A stretch of DNA of 64,000 bases from the human T2T-CHM13v2.0 reference genome, Homo sapiens. Location of the stretch: the NCBI RefSeq assembly GCF_009914755.1, contig NC_060944.1; one strand, 5' to 3'. Each line of letters begins with the position of its first letter. The first letter of the stretch is position 1. Below, piece by piece: positions 31,545-47,369 of the stretch. Below the pieces are notes generated by a model. That model was given only the letters and a program-made list of their open reading frames with translations, ran no database searches and was not told the origin of the DNA. Made by a program: the position numbers and the translations under genes.

Positions 31545-31768
31545 TTTTTTCTTTTTTTAAAATATGGGCTCTTGCTGTTATCCAGTCTGGAGTACAGTGG
31601 TGCAATCATAGCTCACTGTAGCCTCAAACTCCTGGGCTCAAACTATCCTCCTGCTTCAGCCTCCTGAGTAGCTGGGAACACAGGTGTATGCAACCAGGCC
31701 TAGCTAAGTTTAAACATTTTGTGGCGGGGCCAGCTGGGATTACAGGTGTGAGCCACTGCGCCTGGCCA
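31545..31768 (-). mobile_element. Rearranged Alu fragment
   Basis: Reverse Alu arm followed by a short second Alu 5' piece. Confidence 0.75.
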
Positions 31769-32091
31769 CTCTGCAGTCTTAGGGTATCCAAAGTGCCTTT
31801 ATTTTACCTTAGTTACAGTGCCAACATGCTTTCAAGCTTCTGCCTGCAACCAACGAGCCACACGTGTCAAACACTTTTACCCATATCATATACACAAGTG
31901 AAAAGTTTTTAAAGGTTTACAAACTATGACTCCTTAAAAAACCACTTTAGCCCTGTATTAATATGCTTTAAAGCACCAAAAATTTTGTGAGAAGAAAATT
32001 CAGCGGCATATCCCCAGGTATCAATTTATACTTTTGTTTGGTTCCGAAGTAGGTATTTGATGCTGAAATACAATCTGAAGAAGTAGAGCAT

Positions 32092-32676
32092 GCCTGTAAT
32101 CCCAGCACTTATGGGAGGCTGAAGCGGGTGGATCATGAAGTCAGGAGATCAAGACCAGTCTGGCCAACATGGTGAAACCCTGCCTCTACTAAAAATACAA
32201 AAAAAAAAAAAAAATTAGCCAGGCATAGTGGTGTGTGCCTGTAGTCCCAGCTACTCGGGAGGCTGAGGCAGGAGAATCACTTGAACCCAGGAGGCGGAGG
32301 TTGCAGTGAGCCGAGATCAGCTACTGTACTCCAGCCTCGGCGACAGAGCAAGACTCCATCTCAACACAAAAAAGACCGGGTGCGGTGGCTCACACCTGTA
32401 ATCCTAGCACTTTGGGAGGCCAATGCAGGCAGATGACGAGGTCAGGAGTTTGAGACCAGCCTGACCAACATGGTGAAACCCCATCTCTACTAAAAAAAAA
32501 AAAAAAAGCCAGGTGTGGTGGCAGGTGCCTGTAATCCCAGCTACTCAGGAGGCTGAAGCAGGAGAATCACTTGAACCCAGGAGGCAGAGGTTGCAGTGAG
32601 CTGAGATCGCACCACTGTATTCTAGCCTGGGCGACAGAGCGAGACTCCATCTAAAAAAAAAAAAAAAAGAACAAAA
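32092..32676 (+). mobile_element. Two tandem Alus inside one target-site duplication
   Basis: aagaagtagagcat at 32078-32091 and 32677-32690. Confidence 0.92.
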
Positions 32677-33300
32677 AAGAAGTAGAGCATCAGAGCCAGC
32701 ATGAAATTCTGATTTGAATTCCAGCCCTCTGCTGAGTTGCCTGTATAAGCTGAGATCAATGTTATCAAGAGACTTCCCTGATGCCCCATCCTCTCAACTT
32801 TACAGAAGATTCTTGCAAAGACCACATCGGCTGGCACAGGTTGGTACTTGTGAGGAACTAAAGGACTCTGACACTCAAAACCTCTCTGATCAACCTGCCT
32901 AATGGAGAGGAAAGGATTTTGTAAACAAAGTGTCCGATAAATGTATCATAATCATATTTTATAGCAGTGTCCCTCCCTATTCTCAACCACTAAATAAAAT
33001 CATGGTTTGGAGACTGACCTGTCTACGTAGCACAAAGAACAAGGAGTTAAGAATCCCAGATTCTAATTTTCAATGTAGTCATTAACTAGCTGGTGATCAT
33101 GGGGCTTGTCACTTCACCTCTCTGAGCCCAAATTTCTCAATCTGTACCAGGAGTTAGTCTTGATCAGGATTTTCTTTTTTTTTTTTTTACAGTCCATTTC
33201 CGTGTGGTACGGGGGTGTGTGTCTAGTTTGCACCTGTCTCCCCAGTGACTAGCACAGTGCCTGGCTGCATTTCATGAAAGAATGAAGGAAAAGTGAATGA

Positions 33301-33695
<395 letters not shown>

Positions 33696-33969
33696 AGCAT
33701 TTTCTAAGATAGCCCTGTGAAACTTCAGTCACCAAACTCAGAACTCTGTAGCCAAATGGCCTTTGAAATCACCGCATATTCTGTCCACACTGAAGTCTCT
33801 GAGAAGGCCTGCACACAGGCACCTACTTAACTCTCTTAAACCCAGAAACTCCTTTTTTTAAAGATACAACAACTGACATACTGTAGCCCTGGTGTTCTCA
33901 GAACCTGCTGTGGAGGAAATGCCAGGCTGGATGCTCCCTGCTGTCCATTTTCATCTGGTATGGGGGTGA

Positions 33970-34410
<441 letters not shown>

Positions 34411-34604
34411 TAAAAAATAACCTGAAAACCACAGGGATCGTGGTAATAGCATGAGTCTTCCAATTCCTCATGTAGGAGAACAGATAGGATAATCTCTGGC
34501 CTTAGCCCTCATGTACCTCCTTTGTCATTTCATCAAAATGAAGATAAAAAATAATACAAACCAAGTTTCTGTGAGAATCAAATGAAATAACATACATAGA
34601 GAGT

Positions 34605-34875
34605 GCAATTCATCCACTGTATCCATGGGTTCTGTGTCCTCAGATTGAAAACATTCAGAAAAAAAATTCCATAAAGTTCCAAAAAGCAAAATTTGAATTT
34701 TCCATGCTGCAGTTTCTACTTTGAGTCCATGTGGTGTGCAGGCATTGTATTAGGTATTCTAAGGTATGATCATCTAGAGATGATGTAATGTATATGGGAG
34801 GATGTGCATAGGTTATATGCAAATACTATACCATTTTACATAAGGGACCTGAGCATCCTCAGATTTTGGTATCCC
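34605..34875. mobile_element. MER2 (TcMar-Tigger)
   Basis: gggaggatgtgcataggttatatgcaaatactataccattttacataagggac resembles MER2. Confidence 0.8.
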
Positions 34876-35818
34876 AGGATATCACTGCACAGGCTCTATA
34901 CTAAGAGATTCACATATATCATCTCATCTAATCCATTTTTTAAAAAAACACAAGGTAGGTTCTATTATTTTCTCACAGGGAGTAAACCAAGACCACAAAG
35001 GTGCTCAGTACAAAAGCGGGGCGGGGGGGTCGGGGAGGGGGAAGCTCTTGATTGATTAGTGATGTCTGCGCTAGGCACGGCTTCATAAAGGTGCCCAATG
35101 AGAAAGAGGGTGCTGACTGATTAGCAATGTCTTTCACAAGCACAGCAGCAGAAAGGCAGCAGCAGAGATGCCCGTGTTCACTCAGGTAGTGAGTGGCGGA
35201 GGCAGGACTCAAAGCGAGCCTTAAGAGACTCCAAAGCCTACGTGCTATTCTGCTATCTACATACATCTCCTCAGCTTCCCAAGACTTTAAGCTCCTTGGC
35301 TCACATATTTCTTTTTTTTTTTTTTAGGTCCTCCATATAACTGCGGCACACAGCAGATGCTAACAAACATCACTTCCTCTTATAATGAGATAGATTTTAC
35401 ATATTAAGGCTTGCTTTGTGCCTACCAGAATGTCAGCTCCATGAAAGCAGAAATTTTTGCCTGTTTAGTTCACCACTGTCTCTCCATTACTTATGTAACA
35501 GAATCTGCCACCTAGATGTTTGAAAAACACTTTTTGAATAAACCAGGTGCCATATGAGCAATTACATTTATCATGACTGCATCCTCATAGCCACCTGGTG
35601 AGTCAGGTACACGAATTATACCCATTTTACAGATGAGAAAAACCTGGCCCGGGAATTTAACTTCCGTCTCAGGGTCTCGCAACCAGCAAGGGGCCAAGCC
35701 AAGATTTAAATCCATTTAAAGTCAGTCTTAAACCTGACTCTGAATCCCATGCTCATAACCAGAAAACCATCTCTTAAAACTAAACCACAGAATCAATCAT
35801 TTTCAAAGCCCTGCTCAC

Positions 35819-36848
35819 CTGCAGATGGGAATGGCAGGCACCAGCGGCTTGGGCCAAGTGGGCGGAACCAGCAGGATGGATTCTGGAGCCGAGTTTCTCC
35901 TCTCGCCCTGCTCGCAGGGCCCCAGGAACTCCACGGCCGGGTAGATGTGGCGAGGCAGGCCGGCCTTGGATGGGGCGGCAGACACCGGCGAGGGGTCAGG
36001 GCTGGTCTTCCACATCTTGGGGGGGATCCCACAAGGCGAGTCCGTGGCGAGGCTGTTCAGGGCATCCATGATCACGGCAGAGCCAGCCACAGGGGGGTAC
36101 CCAGCCGGGGAGCCGTGGTCCTGGGGTGCCACGTGAGATGAGGGCTGCGGCGAGGGGCTCCGGGAGCGCTGGGGTGAGGCTCCGGGCGGCAGGGCAACCA
36201 AGGCCTCGGCGCACGAATGCCTCCGCTTGGCACCAGGCGATGAGGAGCGGGAGGCCGGACGGGGCACGGGCGAGTGGCGGCCCAGGCAGCTGTCCTCGGC
36301 GAGGCTGGTTCGAGGTGACATTATTGGCGAGGTTCTGGGGGAATAATGAGCAGGGATGTTTTGAAACTGCGGACACAGGTCGTCGGGCCCGCCGTTATTG
36401 GGCGAGACGCAGGGCGAGGTGTAGGGGGAGAAGGTGTCAGAAATGAAGCTGGCAGAGGAGCCGCTGCTAGCGGGGCTCAAGCAAAGCGGCTCGCGGTAGC
36501 CCTCGAAGCCGGGCACGGGCAGGGTGAACCTCGGGCTGGCGGCCACCCCGGCCAGGGGCGGCTGCTCCACCAGGAGGCCCGCGTCTCTCATGCGGAGGGG
36601 CCCCACTGCCTGGATCAGTTCGTGGGACGGAGTGATCTCGATCCGAGGGCTCAGGCCCGAGGCCCCTGCTGGCTTGGCCGCGCTCAGAAACTTCTGCGGC
36701 CCTACCCTATCCGGCTCTCCGAATCGGCCGGGGGGCTCGCCAGAGAGACTAGCAAGGGGGCTGTATGGCTTGAGGCCATAGTCCAGGACATCATCGGGGT
36801 ATGCGGGTCCGGAGGGTGGGCTGGCGACCTTATGTGCATTCGGCTCTT
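35819..36848 (-). CDS. NFATC2: NFATC2 exon 2 (1030 nt), regulatory domain
   Basis: Acceptor ttccag|AAGAGCCG and donor AG|GTGAGC. Encodes the calcineurin-docking motif PRIEIT (36631-36648), SRR-1 (SPASSGSSASF), SPxx repeats, NLS KRR (36220-36228) and the LxVP motif LLVP (35863-35874). In frame with exons 1 and 3. Confidence 0.98.
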
Positions 36849-37675
36849 CTGGAAAGAGAAGGGGGAAGGGGGTTCTTTTTAAGCCTCAAAAACAGAACTC
36901 CCGGTGCAGAGCAATCACAGGCTGGATTTCGTCTCACGTCGTTTATTTTTTTCAAATTCCCACCATGCCAAACCCCAAGCTAGAAGCTCCGTCCCTCACC
37001 AGAAGAAAACTGAGGCCACTTTGTCCCAGGTCCCTGGAGAAGACAGGTCGAAGCAGAATGAGTTCTGGAAGACCCCTGGGCTAAGGGCCTCCAAACTTGG
37101 CTTTAAATGAAACCCTTCGGAGAAGTGCACTTTATCTCACAACCCCATTCACGCCACCATATACACCCACAACTGAAACAAAAGCCTCTCGAGTCAATAC
37201 TTACCCCTGCTACATGACACCCTCAGACCCTCCCTCCTGCCTGAGTGATTTTGCTTCAACGCTGGTCACGACCCATTAGACGGATCCCCTAACCCGTCCG
37301 CGCGGTAGGTCATGACCCCTAGTTTGAAAAGCACCTATCTAGGGCCTATGGCAGCACTCTACACACATGACGTGGACGCAGGACACAGAGGGAGGCTGCG
37401 CAGACTCTGCAGCCCACAGTGCCCTGGGCTTCAATCCCAGATTTCACACCAAGTACAAGAAGTGGCTTCATTCAGATCCAGGGCTCCTGACTCATGTCTC
37501 ATCTGTGTCATTTTACAAATGAGGAAACTGAGGCCCAGAGCGGGGAAAAGGCCCACCGAAAGATACGGAATTAGCAGGCTTAAAAATACCACAGGCAAGC
37601 CACTTGCCCCCCAACAGGCAGGGTCACTGCTACAGAGGTTACCTGACACCCAAACTATTAGACCCAATGGATGCA

Positions 37676-38104
<429 letters not shown>

Positions 38105-38959
38105 CTATGTCAGCCACCCAAGGACACTGCCACCCATCACCTCACACTGTCATTTAATTCTCAGCCTGACCCTCTTCTAGCAGACACCCTGCCTCACTGC
38201 ATCCTGTACAGGTCCAGGCACGTGGGGCTGCTTGGGAAATTCCCACGGAGTTAGTGCCACCCACCCACCCCTCACAGCAACTCCACCTCCAAGGCCCCCC
38301 ACCTCATCAGAGGCTCCTCCAACCTCCCCGCCAGCTCATGGGGCGGCCTGGACTCCTTACTCTGATGCCTCACATCTGATCCATCATCAGCCCTGACTGC
38401 TCCACTGTCAGAACAGAAACTAGATTCCCAGGTCTCCCCATTCCATCGCATCCACCCTGGTCCAAGCCGCCGTCCTCTCCCATGGGGACTACTGCAGTCA
38501 TCTCCTCCCTGGCCTCCCCACTTCCTCTGTGGCTCTGTCAGTCTGTTTGTCACGCAGCAGCCTTTAAAATGTCCATTCTCAAAACCTACTATAAAGGCTT
38601 CTGGACACTTTAGATGGAACCTAAAGTCACTAACGCAGCATGTGCCCCGGCCTGCCACCCACCCCCACCACTCCCCACTTCTCCCCAAGCTGAGTCAGCA
38701 ACAACCCCTCCAACCTCTTCGCCGTACTTAAGCAGCTCCTGCCTCAGACGCCTTGGGTTCCCTCTGCCTGGAAACCCTCCCCGCGAGATCCTCCCACTTC
38801 CCCTGGTTCCTTCCTGCATCTGCTCAGCCCGCACCTCCTGAGATCGACCCATCAAAAAGATCCCCTCCTTCCCTTTTCCCTGCCATCTTTTCTCCACTGA
38901 CGCCTGCTAACAGCTCCCGTCGCACCAGGTATCTGTTTAGGGAATCTCATTCTGCCAAA

Positions 38960-39190
38960 CCAGGTGCAGGCAAACCACAGCCCATGGGCCAAATGCGGCC
39001 CATGGGTTGTGTTTGTAAATAGTTTTATGACAACACAGCCAGCCTATTTATTGACACAGGGTGAACAAAGCAAGCTACAGCTTGCTCCTATACTACAACA
39101 GCAGAGTTGGTAGTCTGGGAACCGAATGGCCCCCAAAGCCTGAAATATTTACTCCTTGGCCCTTTAGAGAATTTTACAACCCCACACTCG
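38960..39190 (-). mobile_element. MER58-type element
   Basis: ggcaaaccacagcccatgggccaaat...aaagcctgaaatatttact resembles MER58. Confidence 0.7.
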
Positions 39191-39537
39191 ACCCAGAGCT
39201 CCGTCAGTGTTGGGCCCGTGTCACTGTGGCCCAGCATTGTCTGCCAAGCACCTACCACAGGGCCTGGCACTTGCAAGCCCCCATAAACATTTGCCGAGTG
39301 GCTGAGAGAATAAGTAAATATAAGAACCATGTCCGGGGCCTGCCAGCCAGAAACAAGCCCTCTTCCTGCTTTGGGGGACCCCAGGTGGCCACCCCAGTGA
39401 GCCTCAGCCTCCTTGTTCCCTTTCTGGGCTATCCTAGAGGAAATACTGTCCAGTTTAGCCAAGCTGATCTCTTAGGGTCCATATGGTACCCCTACTTCCA
39501 AAATGGCTCCCCACAGCTCTTAGGTAAAAATAAATGA

Positions 39538-40101
<564 letters not shown>

Positions 40102-40554
40102 TAGAAGGACCCCTGACCACTTGACTAGCTCAGGCCCCACTCACAGGCCCCTGCTGTGTTCTGTGCACATCTCACCATAACGACTGAGGAACTGTGGAGT
40201 GCTCCGTTTCCCTCGACCTCCAGTCTGCCCTTCCCTCGACCTCGAGATCCACCCCCACCAATCAGCAAATGCCATGAGGACTCTTGCTCCGCCATGCCCC
40301 TAAGCACTTGGAATGGTCCTGCCACTAAACAGGCCCTCAGAAAGGATGTGTTGGCTGAATGAATGAGGCAAGTTCAGAAAAGTCTACCTGGAATAAACTA
40401 TTACTCAAAGATGCTAATATCCAAACCAAAAGATAGAAGGCTATAACTCTAGAGAGGGTCATTTTGTAATATCCATGAAAATTCCAAACACACGTGCCCC
40501 CGGAACCACATGTGCCCTCGGAACCAAGCAATGCTACTTTTAGAAATTCATCCT

Positions 40555-40842
40555 GGGCCAGTCATGGTGGCTCACACCTGGAATCCCAACCGTTTGGGAG
40601 ACAGAGGTAGGAAGATTGCTTGAGGTCAGGAGTTTAAGACCAGCCTGGGCAACGTAGAGACCCCATCTCTAAAACAAAAATTTTTTTTTCATTAGCTGGG
40701 CATGGTGGCACCTACCTGTAGTCCCAGCCACTGGAGAAGCTGAGGTGGGAGGATCAAGGCTGTAGTGAGCCATGATCGTACCACCACCTCCCAGCTTGGG
40801 TGACAGGATGAGAACCTGTCCCAAAAAAAAAAAAAAAAAAAA
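40555..40842 (+). mobile_element. Alu (AluJ-like, internal deletion) inside an old L1M 3' fragment extending to about 41400
   Basis: Alu sequence followed by L1M strings such as aaagactggaagcaacccaaa. Confidence 0.8.
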
Positions 40843-41114
40843 TTCTTCCTGCAGATATACTCTCACCTGTGCAAAATGACCTGTGTATGCTTAAGATTCA
40901 TTACTACAACCCTGACTGTAATCCCAAAAGACTGGAAGCAACCCAAAGCCCATCTATTGGGGATGAATTAATTCTGGCTCATTCATATGATGGGATACAG
41001 TATAGCTACAAAAAGGCCTGAAGAAGTTCTTTATGCATTGACATGGAATGACCACTGAGATTTAGTATTAGAGAAAAGCAAGCTGTATAGTGTGCACAGC
41101 ATAAAAAGTGAGAG

Positions 41115-41282
41115 GATGTACACAAACACAGAGAGATGTACACACAATGTACACAGACAGATGTACACACAGATGTATACAGATTACACCTGCACATATA
41201 TACACAGATGTACAGATGTACACGCACAGACAGATGTACACACACATATGTACACACACAGACAGATGTACACGCACAGCTG
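41115..41282. repeat. Degenerate (CAGATGTACA-CA)n repeat
   Basis: Read directly. Confidence 0.85.
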
Positions 41283-42727
41283 AAGGATGCACAGGCTTTC
41301 TCTGGAAGTCACAAGTAATAGTGACATCCTCCAGGGAGGGGAACTAAGGAATGGGAGGACAGTGGCATGGCAGAAAGGAGACTTCCTTTGATTTGTGTAA
41401 TTGTGTAAGAAAATAAATGTAACTCCCAAAAGAAACATTTTTAATTTTATTTCATAGGTGGTAGGTGACATAGCATGATATACAGTAATGAAACCCTGTT
41501 TTACGAAGCAGGAAATGAAGAGTGCAGTCCTGCTCCGCCACTAAGTAGCAGCGTGACTTTGGAAAAGTCCCCCACCCACTGGAGGCCTCAACACCTTCTC
41601 ATTTATAACTGAACAGCATTAAACTGAATCAGTTTCCTTGGTGGCTTCTGGCTCTGAAATCCTTTGATTTTTCTAGCTAGCATCTGTAAGGCCTGGAGTT
41701 CTTGTGAGGCTGTAGTTTAATGTAAATGTGTATTTGAATTCGCACATACACACACACACGCCTTCCTAGAAGGTAACAGAGCACAGAGTTTTAATCTAGG
41801 AAAAGAGGAATGTCAAACCCATGGCCGACAACATTCTGAGAATTCACTGCCCTTCGAACCAGAAAAACAAAACACAAAAAGTTTCTTAGCAAAAATTCCG
41901 GCCGTATCAGAAAAACTGCACTGTATCTTATCAGAAACACACCCTTGGGGCTGATGTGCACAGTCCACAGAAACGCAGTCCTGAAAACACACATCACTCA
42001 CACTCCCTAGGAGCTCTGAAAAACAGAAAGCTCCAGTGTGCTGAGCAAAAGTATTTAAAGCATTTACATTGGTTTTCATTAATCCAAGCGGCAGTTTTTT
42101 TTTTTTCCTCTTGACAAGACTTTAAATGTTTACCAGCAAGCAGGGAATATGAAGATAATTAATAATCATTTAATTCTCAGTCCCCTGGGTATTTGACAGT
42201 AAATTTCACAAATAGCACATCATTAAAATATTTCTCTAAGTCAGTGGCTGAGATTCGTCACTATTTCTCCTTAAACAACTGCCACGCTCACAGGCGGCTT
42301 TCTTACAGTCATCACGATGCCCGCACGGCACTGGGTGAAGTTAGTTTCATCTCAGAACCACCAAATGTTCTCAGGAGGATTTCCAAAAAGCTTGCTTTTT
42401 TTTTAACCACTTGCACGATCTTTGCTCTATCCATGTGCCACCAAAAAGTATTTACTTAATATTTCTAGTATTTAAATTCACTCACTTATTTTTTTTTTAT
42501 TTTAAAAGGAAACTTTACACCACTACTGCAGATGGAAAATCAATGTCACCTCCATAAATAGAAGGTAGGGTAAAAATACAATAAAAATAAAACTTACTAA
42601 ATTCAAGCAAGACACAGTGGCTGGGCAAAGGCTCTGAGTCTGAGGCTTTATACAGCCCCGCCCCCGCCAATGCTTCTGCGGTATAACTCATATACACAGA
42701 TGTCAGTGTTTTGAGTATAGAGTTTGA

Positions 42728-43241
<514 letters not shown>

Positions 43242-43809
43242 TAGCGCTGAAAAATAGTTCTTAGCACATACAACGTCCTCACTGGTGGACCACCTAAAAT
43301 CCATTTCACCTACCATGGGAGGTACCTGGCCTGCATACGAAGCATCAGTACCAAAGGGAGGAAGAAGATAGAAGCAGGGATGGGGGATTCAGAGGTTGCT
43401 GCTCAAGGGCCTCTGTACCTCCATGTCACGCACATGCTGTTCCCCTTACCCAGAACTCCCTTCCATACCTCCCGACCTTACATCTCCTAACAAGCCACTA
43501 TTTATCCATCATGACTTGACCTGAGCCACCCCCTCCTGGAGGCCCTCCCTGTTTCCCCAGGCTGGATCAGGCAGCTCTTCTACACTCCCAGGTCCCACAG
43601 AGTCCCACATTGAAGTCTATCTATGGATTCACTCGTCTGTCTACCCTCTAGACTCTGAGGTTCTTAGAGGCAGATAGGAGTCTTACATCAATAATTATTA
43701 TGAAGATGATTATAATGCAGAAAAAGCAGCTAAAATATATTGAGAACTTACATGCTAGGCATTGTTATAAGCACATTACATGTAGTAAATTACTTGATCC
43801 TCACAGCCA

Positions 43810-43932
43810 CCTACCCACTGGATGCCAATAGCAGCTGCCCTGTCCCTCTCCCCGTTGTGGCAACCAAAAATGTCTCCAGGCATCGCCAAACATCTCCTGC
43901 CAGGCAGGCTCGCCCCCAGCTGAGAACCACGG
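43810..43932 (+). mobile_element. MER20 3' half
   Basis: ctacccactggatgccaatagca...gttgtggcaaccaaaaatgtctccag...gagaaccac resembles the MER20 3' half. Confidence 0.75.
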
Positions 43933-46848
43933 CTCCTGGCTTTACAGCCCCAGCATGGCACAGGAGGCCTGCGCACAGCAGAGGCCCAAAGACTGCTGGA
44001 AGCATCAACTCATGACTCACGCCCTCAACCTGAACTGATTCAGAAATGAGACATCTTCTCACTCTCAGCCCTGGCAGGTGACGCTCATCTCTGTGGCAGA
44101 CACCTGAAAGTTCTCATTCTTATCACCCCTCCTTTCATCAAGTTCCTGGGTGCTTACCCAATAGGTAGGCCCTGTGAATATGTGGAGAAATCTCTGGCCA
44201 CTCCCAAAAACTACAGGACAAGATTGCTGGGGAGGCCAGTTCAGCCCTCCTCTTTGCCCCACCAAGCAAGAGCTCTACGCTGAGATCCAGGTCTCAGTCA
44301 ACAGAGGGTAGCACGGGGTTAGGGGACTCCAGATCCACTCCCACCCCCGGCTGTGAGACTTGGGGAAACTCCATGTCCTCATGTGTGACACGGGGTGATG
44401 ACACTGGTGATGATACAAGCCTGTCGGTTTCCCTAACCTATGCAAAGCCCAAGACACACAGAATCAATACCCAGTAAATGGGGCCTACTGGATTATTATT
44501 GAAAGAACAATCTTTTCGGTGACAATTCTGCCCTTTCCCTGCTATAGTTAGTCTATTTTACAACAACTTGAACGCACTAGTCCCCAACCCCTTCGAAAGC
44601 ATTACGAAAAAAAGGAAGACATTTTTATAAAAATAAAATGGGTTGGTCAGCACTTTAGGAATTCTCTTTTTACCTCAGATCCTGCTGACCTTCAGAAAAT
44701 GTGTGGAGGAGGTAAAACGTGCTTCCAACACCCTCTCCATTCCACACTTTGTACTTTTCCTCCCAGGCTACCTGGCAGTGGATCGACTAAATCTTACTAA
44801 AGTGTTAGTGGGTCAGTGAGCCGCTTGTCATAATCAAAATACTAGCACATCTATACCACTTACTTTATATCGAGAACTGTACGCATCTAGTATATGTTCA
44901 TATTTGTCTCACAAGAACCCTATGAAGCAGCTGATATCGTTTCCCCATTTTATATAGGGGGAAAATGAGGCTCAGAGAGGGTGAGTAATTTGCCCAAGGT
45001 CACACAGCTTCTAAGTAGCAGAGCCAAGATTCATTCTCAGGCAACCTGGCTCCTCCACCCCCCTAACCACTACTTTATCCTGCATCTCAGGAAAGAGGTG
45101 ATTTCCTGGATGGCGACACCCTGACCCTGACACAGGGAAGCAAGGATCCCCCCCGGAAAAGAAATCACTCTGGGGGCCTCATCATTTCACTCGGGAGGTG
45201 GGCTGCCCCTGACAACTGAAGACACAGATTCCTTTCTTCGGGAATGTTCACAGTCTCTCCTTTTGCCCCAGGATTGAGTCAAAGATTATTTTAAAAATCC
45301 ACTCAGGCCACACAGTGGTCCCCGCCAGCGCCTCTCCCCCTGGAAGCTCTGTGAGCCTGTTGCTCACCCTCGCAGACGGACACACAGCCAAGTCTGAGGT
45401 GGCCGCTCGCTCAGCGCCAACCCGCCAGCCAACAGATCACTTTTGAAAAAAGGAACAGCAAGAGAACATCTTCTCTGCCTAGAACTGCAGGCGGGTGGAA
45501 TTTTCGGGAAGCAGAATCGTATGACCAAAATAGAAACCCAGCTAGGGAACCTCTGAGAGGCAGCCGTCCTTGGGGGGCACAGGGAGGGGCAGAGGCAAAT
45601 GGAGCTTTCAGGCTTGAGTGGCTGGGAAGAGAGAAGCAGGGCCTGGCCTGGGGGCTGGATGCCCCTCCGATGGGCAGCAGGGCCACAGGGCTCCACTGAT
45701 CCCTGGCCAAGCTGATCCGACCCACGGCTTGATGAGCTCACCCCGATGCCGAGGTGGCGTGAGTCCCAGGGCCTGGGTTTGGGACATGACAGTCTGTCGC
45801 CAAGGCAGCACTTAGGATGCCACAGCTGGCACCGCAGATCTGTAGCCGGAGGAAAGGGGAGCAGACAGAGAGGCAAACCTCGCCTCCTGCCACTCGCCCC
45901 GACAACTCTCATAACTTCCTGCCCATCAGGGGCCGCAAAGAATCCCAAAACAGAGCAGGAAGGTGGACAGATTCTTCATCCGGCAGGTGTGCACAACCTA
46001 GAGAAAGAACCCCTTTGAAAAGCAATGGGTTGCCTCCAAATAACAAATCTGACACTCAGCAAACTTTCTGACAAGCCCCCAGACCACTGCTGCCCATGCC
46101 CCACCCAGTCACACACATACACCACCTAACAGTAAGTAGATTCTCAATCAATGAATCATGTGTATTAATGACCAGAGTCAGGTTGTCACACCCTTCGTTC
46201 GGAGGTGACACATACAGACACAGGCCTGAAAGTCGAGAAATTCCATCTGGATAAATCAGGTCCAGAAATGCCAAAAAGGAAAGGGAGGACATTTGCCATC
46301 CTGTCTCGTCCATGGAACCACTGGAAAAAGTCATCCTGAAGGCGATGTCTTTGCTGACCTTGCCCCAGCTAAGACAGCTGTCTGCCTTCCCCAGACGGGG
46401 CTGAAAGAAGGACTCAGTGGTGCCTCCCAGGCAGGCTGCCGCAAGGCCAGGCGCCCAGGACACAGGACTGAGGTGATCCACAAGCAATGAGGCTTGCAGA
46501 CTGGCTCTGGCATGACCGCTTGCAAAAACACACGAACCCACGCGCTGACACGTATTGCTTTTGGATAGGGGTGGAGAAATGTATGGAATCTGCAACCCGC
46601 AGGCCTCAAGGTCACCTTTTAGATGGGGGCAGCAGGGCCCAGGCATGTGGCACACACAAGGACTCATCTCCATCTTCAAATCTGGATGGGAAGAACTGTC
46701 TCTTGCTGGTTTCAAGCCATTTCCTGGGGCCCTCCTGCCTTGGAGAATTCCAGAGATATTCCTATTTTTAGTCATTCTAATAGCTTATGTCCACTGTGCC
46801 GCAAGCTTTCACGTGTACGCTCCCCTGTTCTCTCTGCAGTTTACATAA

Positions 46849-47369
<521 letters not shown>

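Noticed and set aside
35749-36882. Antisense and alternate-frame ORFs over exon 2
   Set aside because: Expected shadow ORFs of a GC-rich coding exon; no independent evidence.
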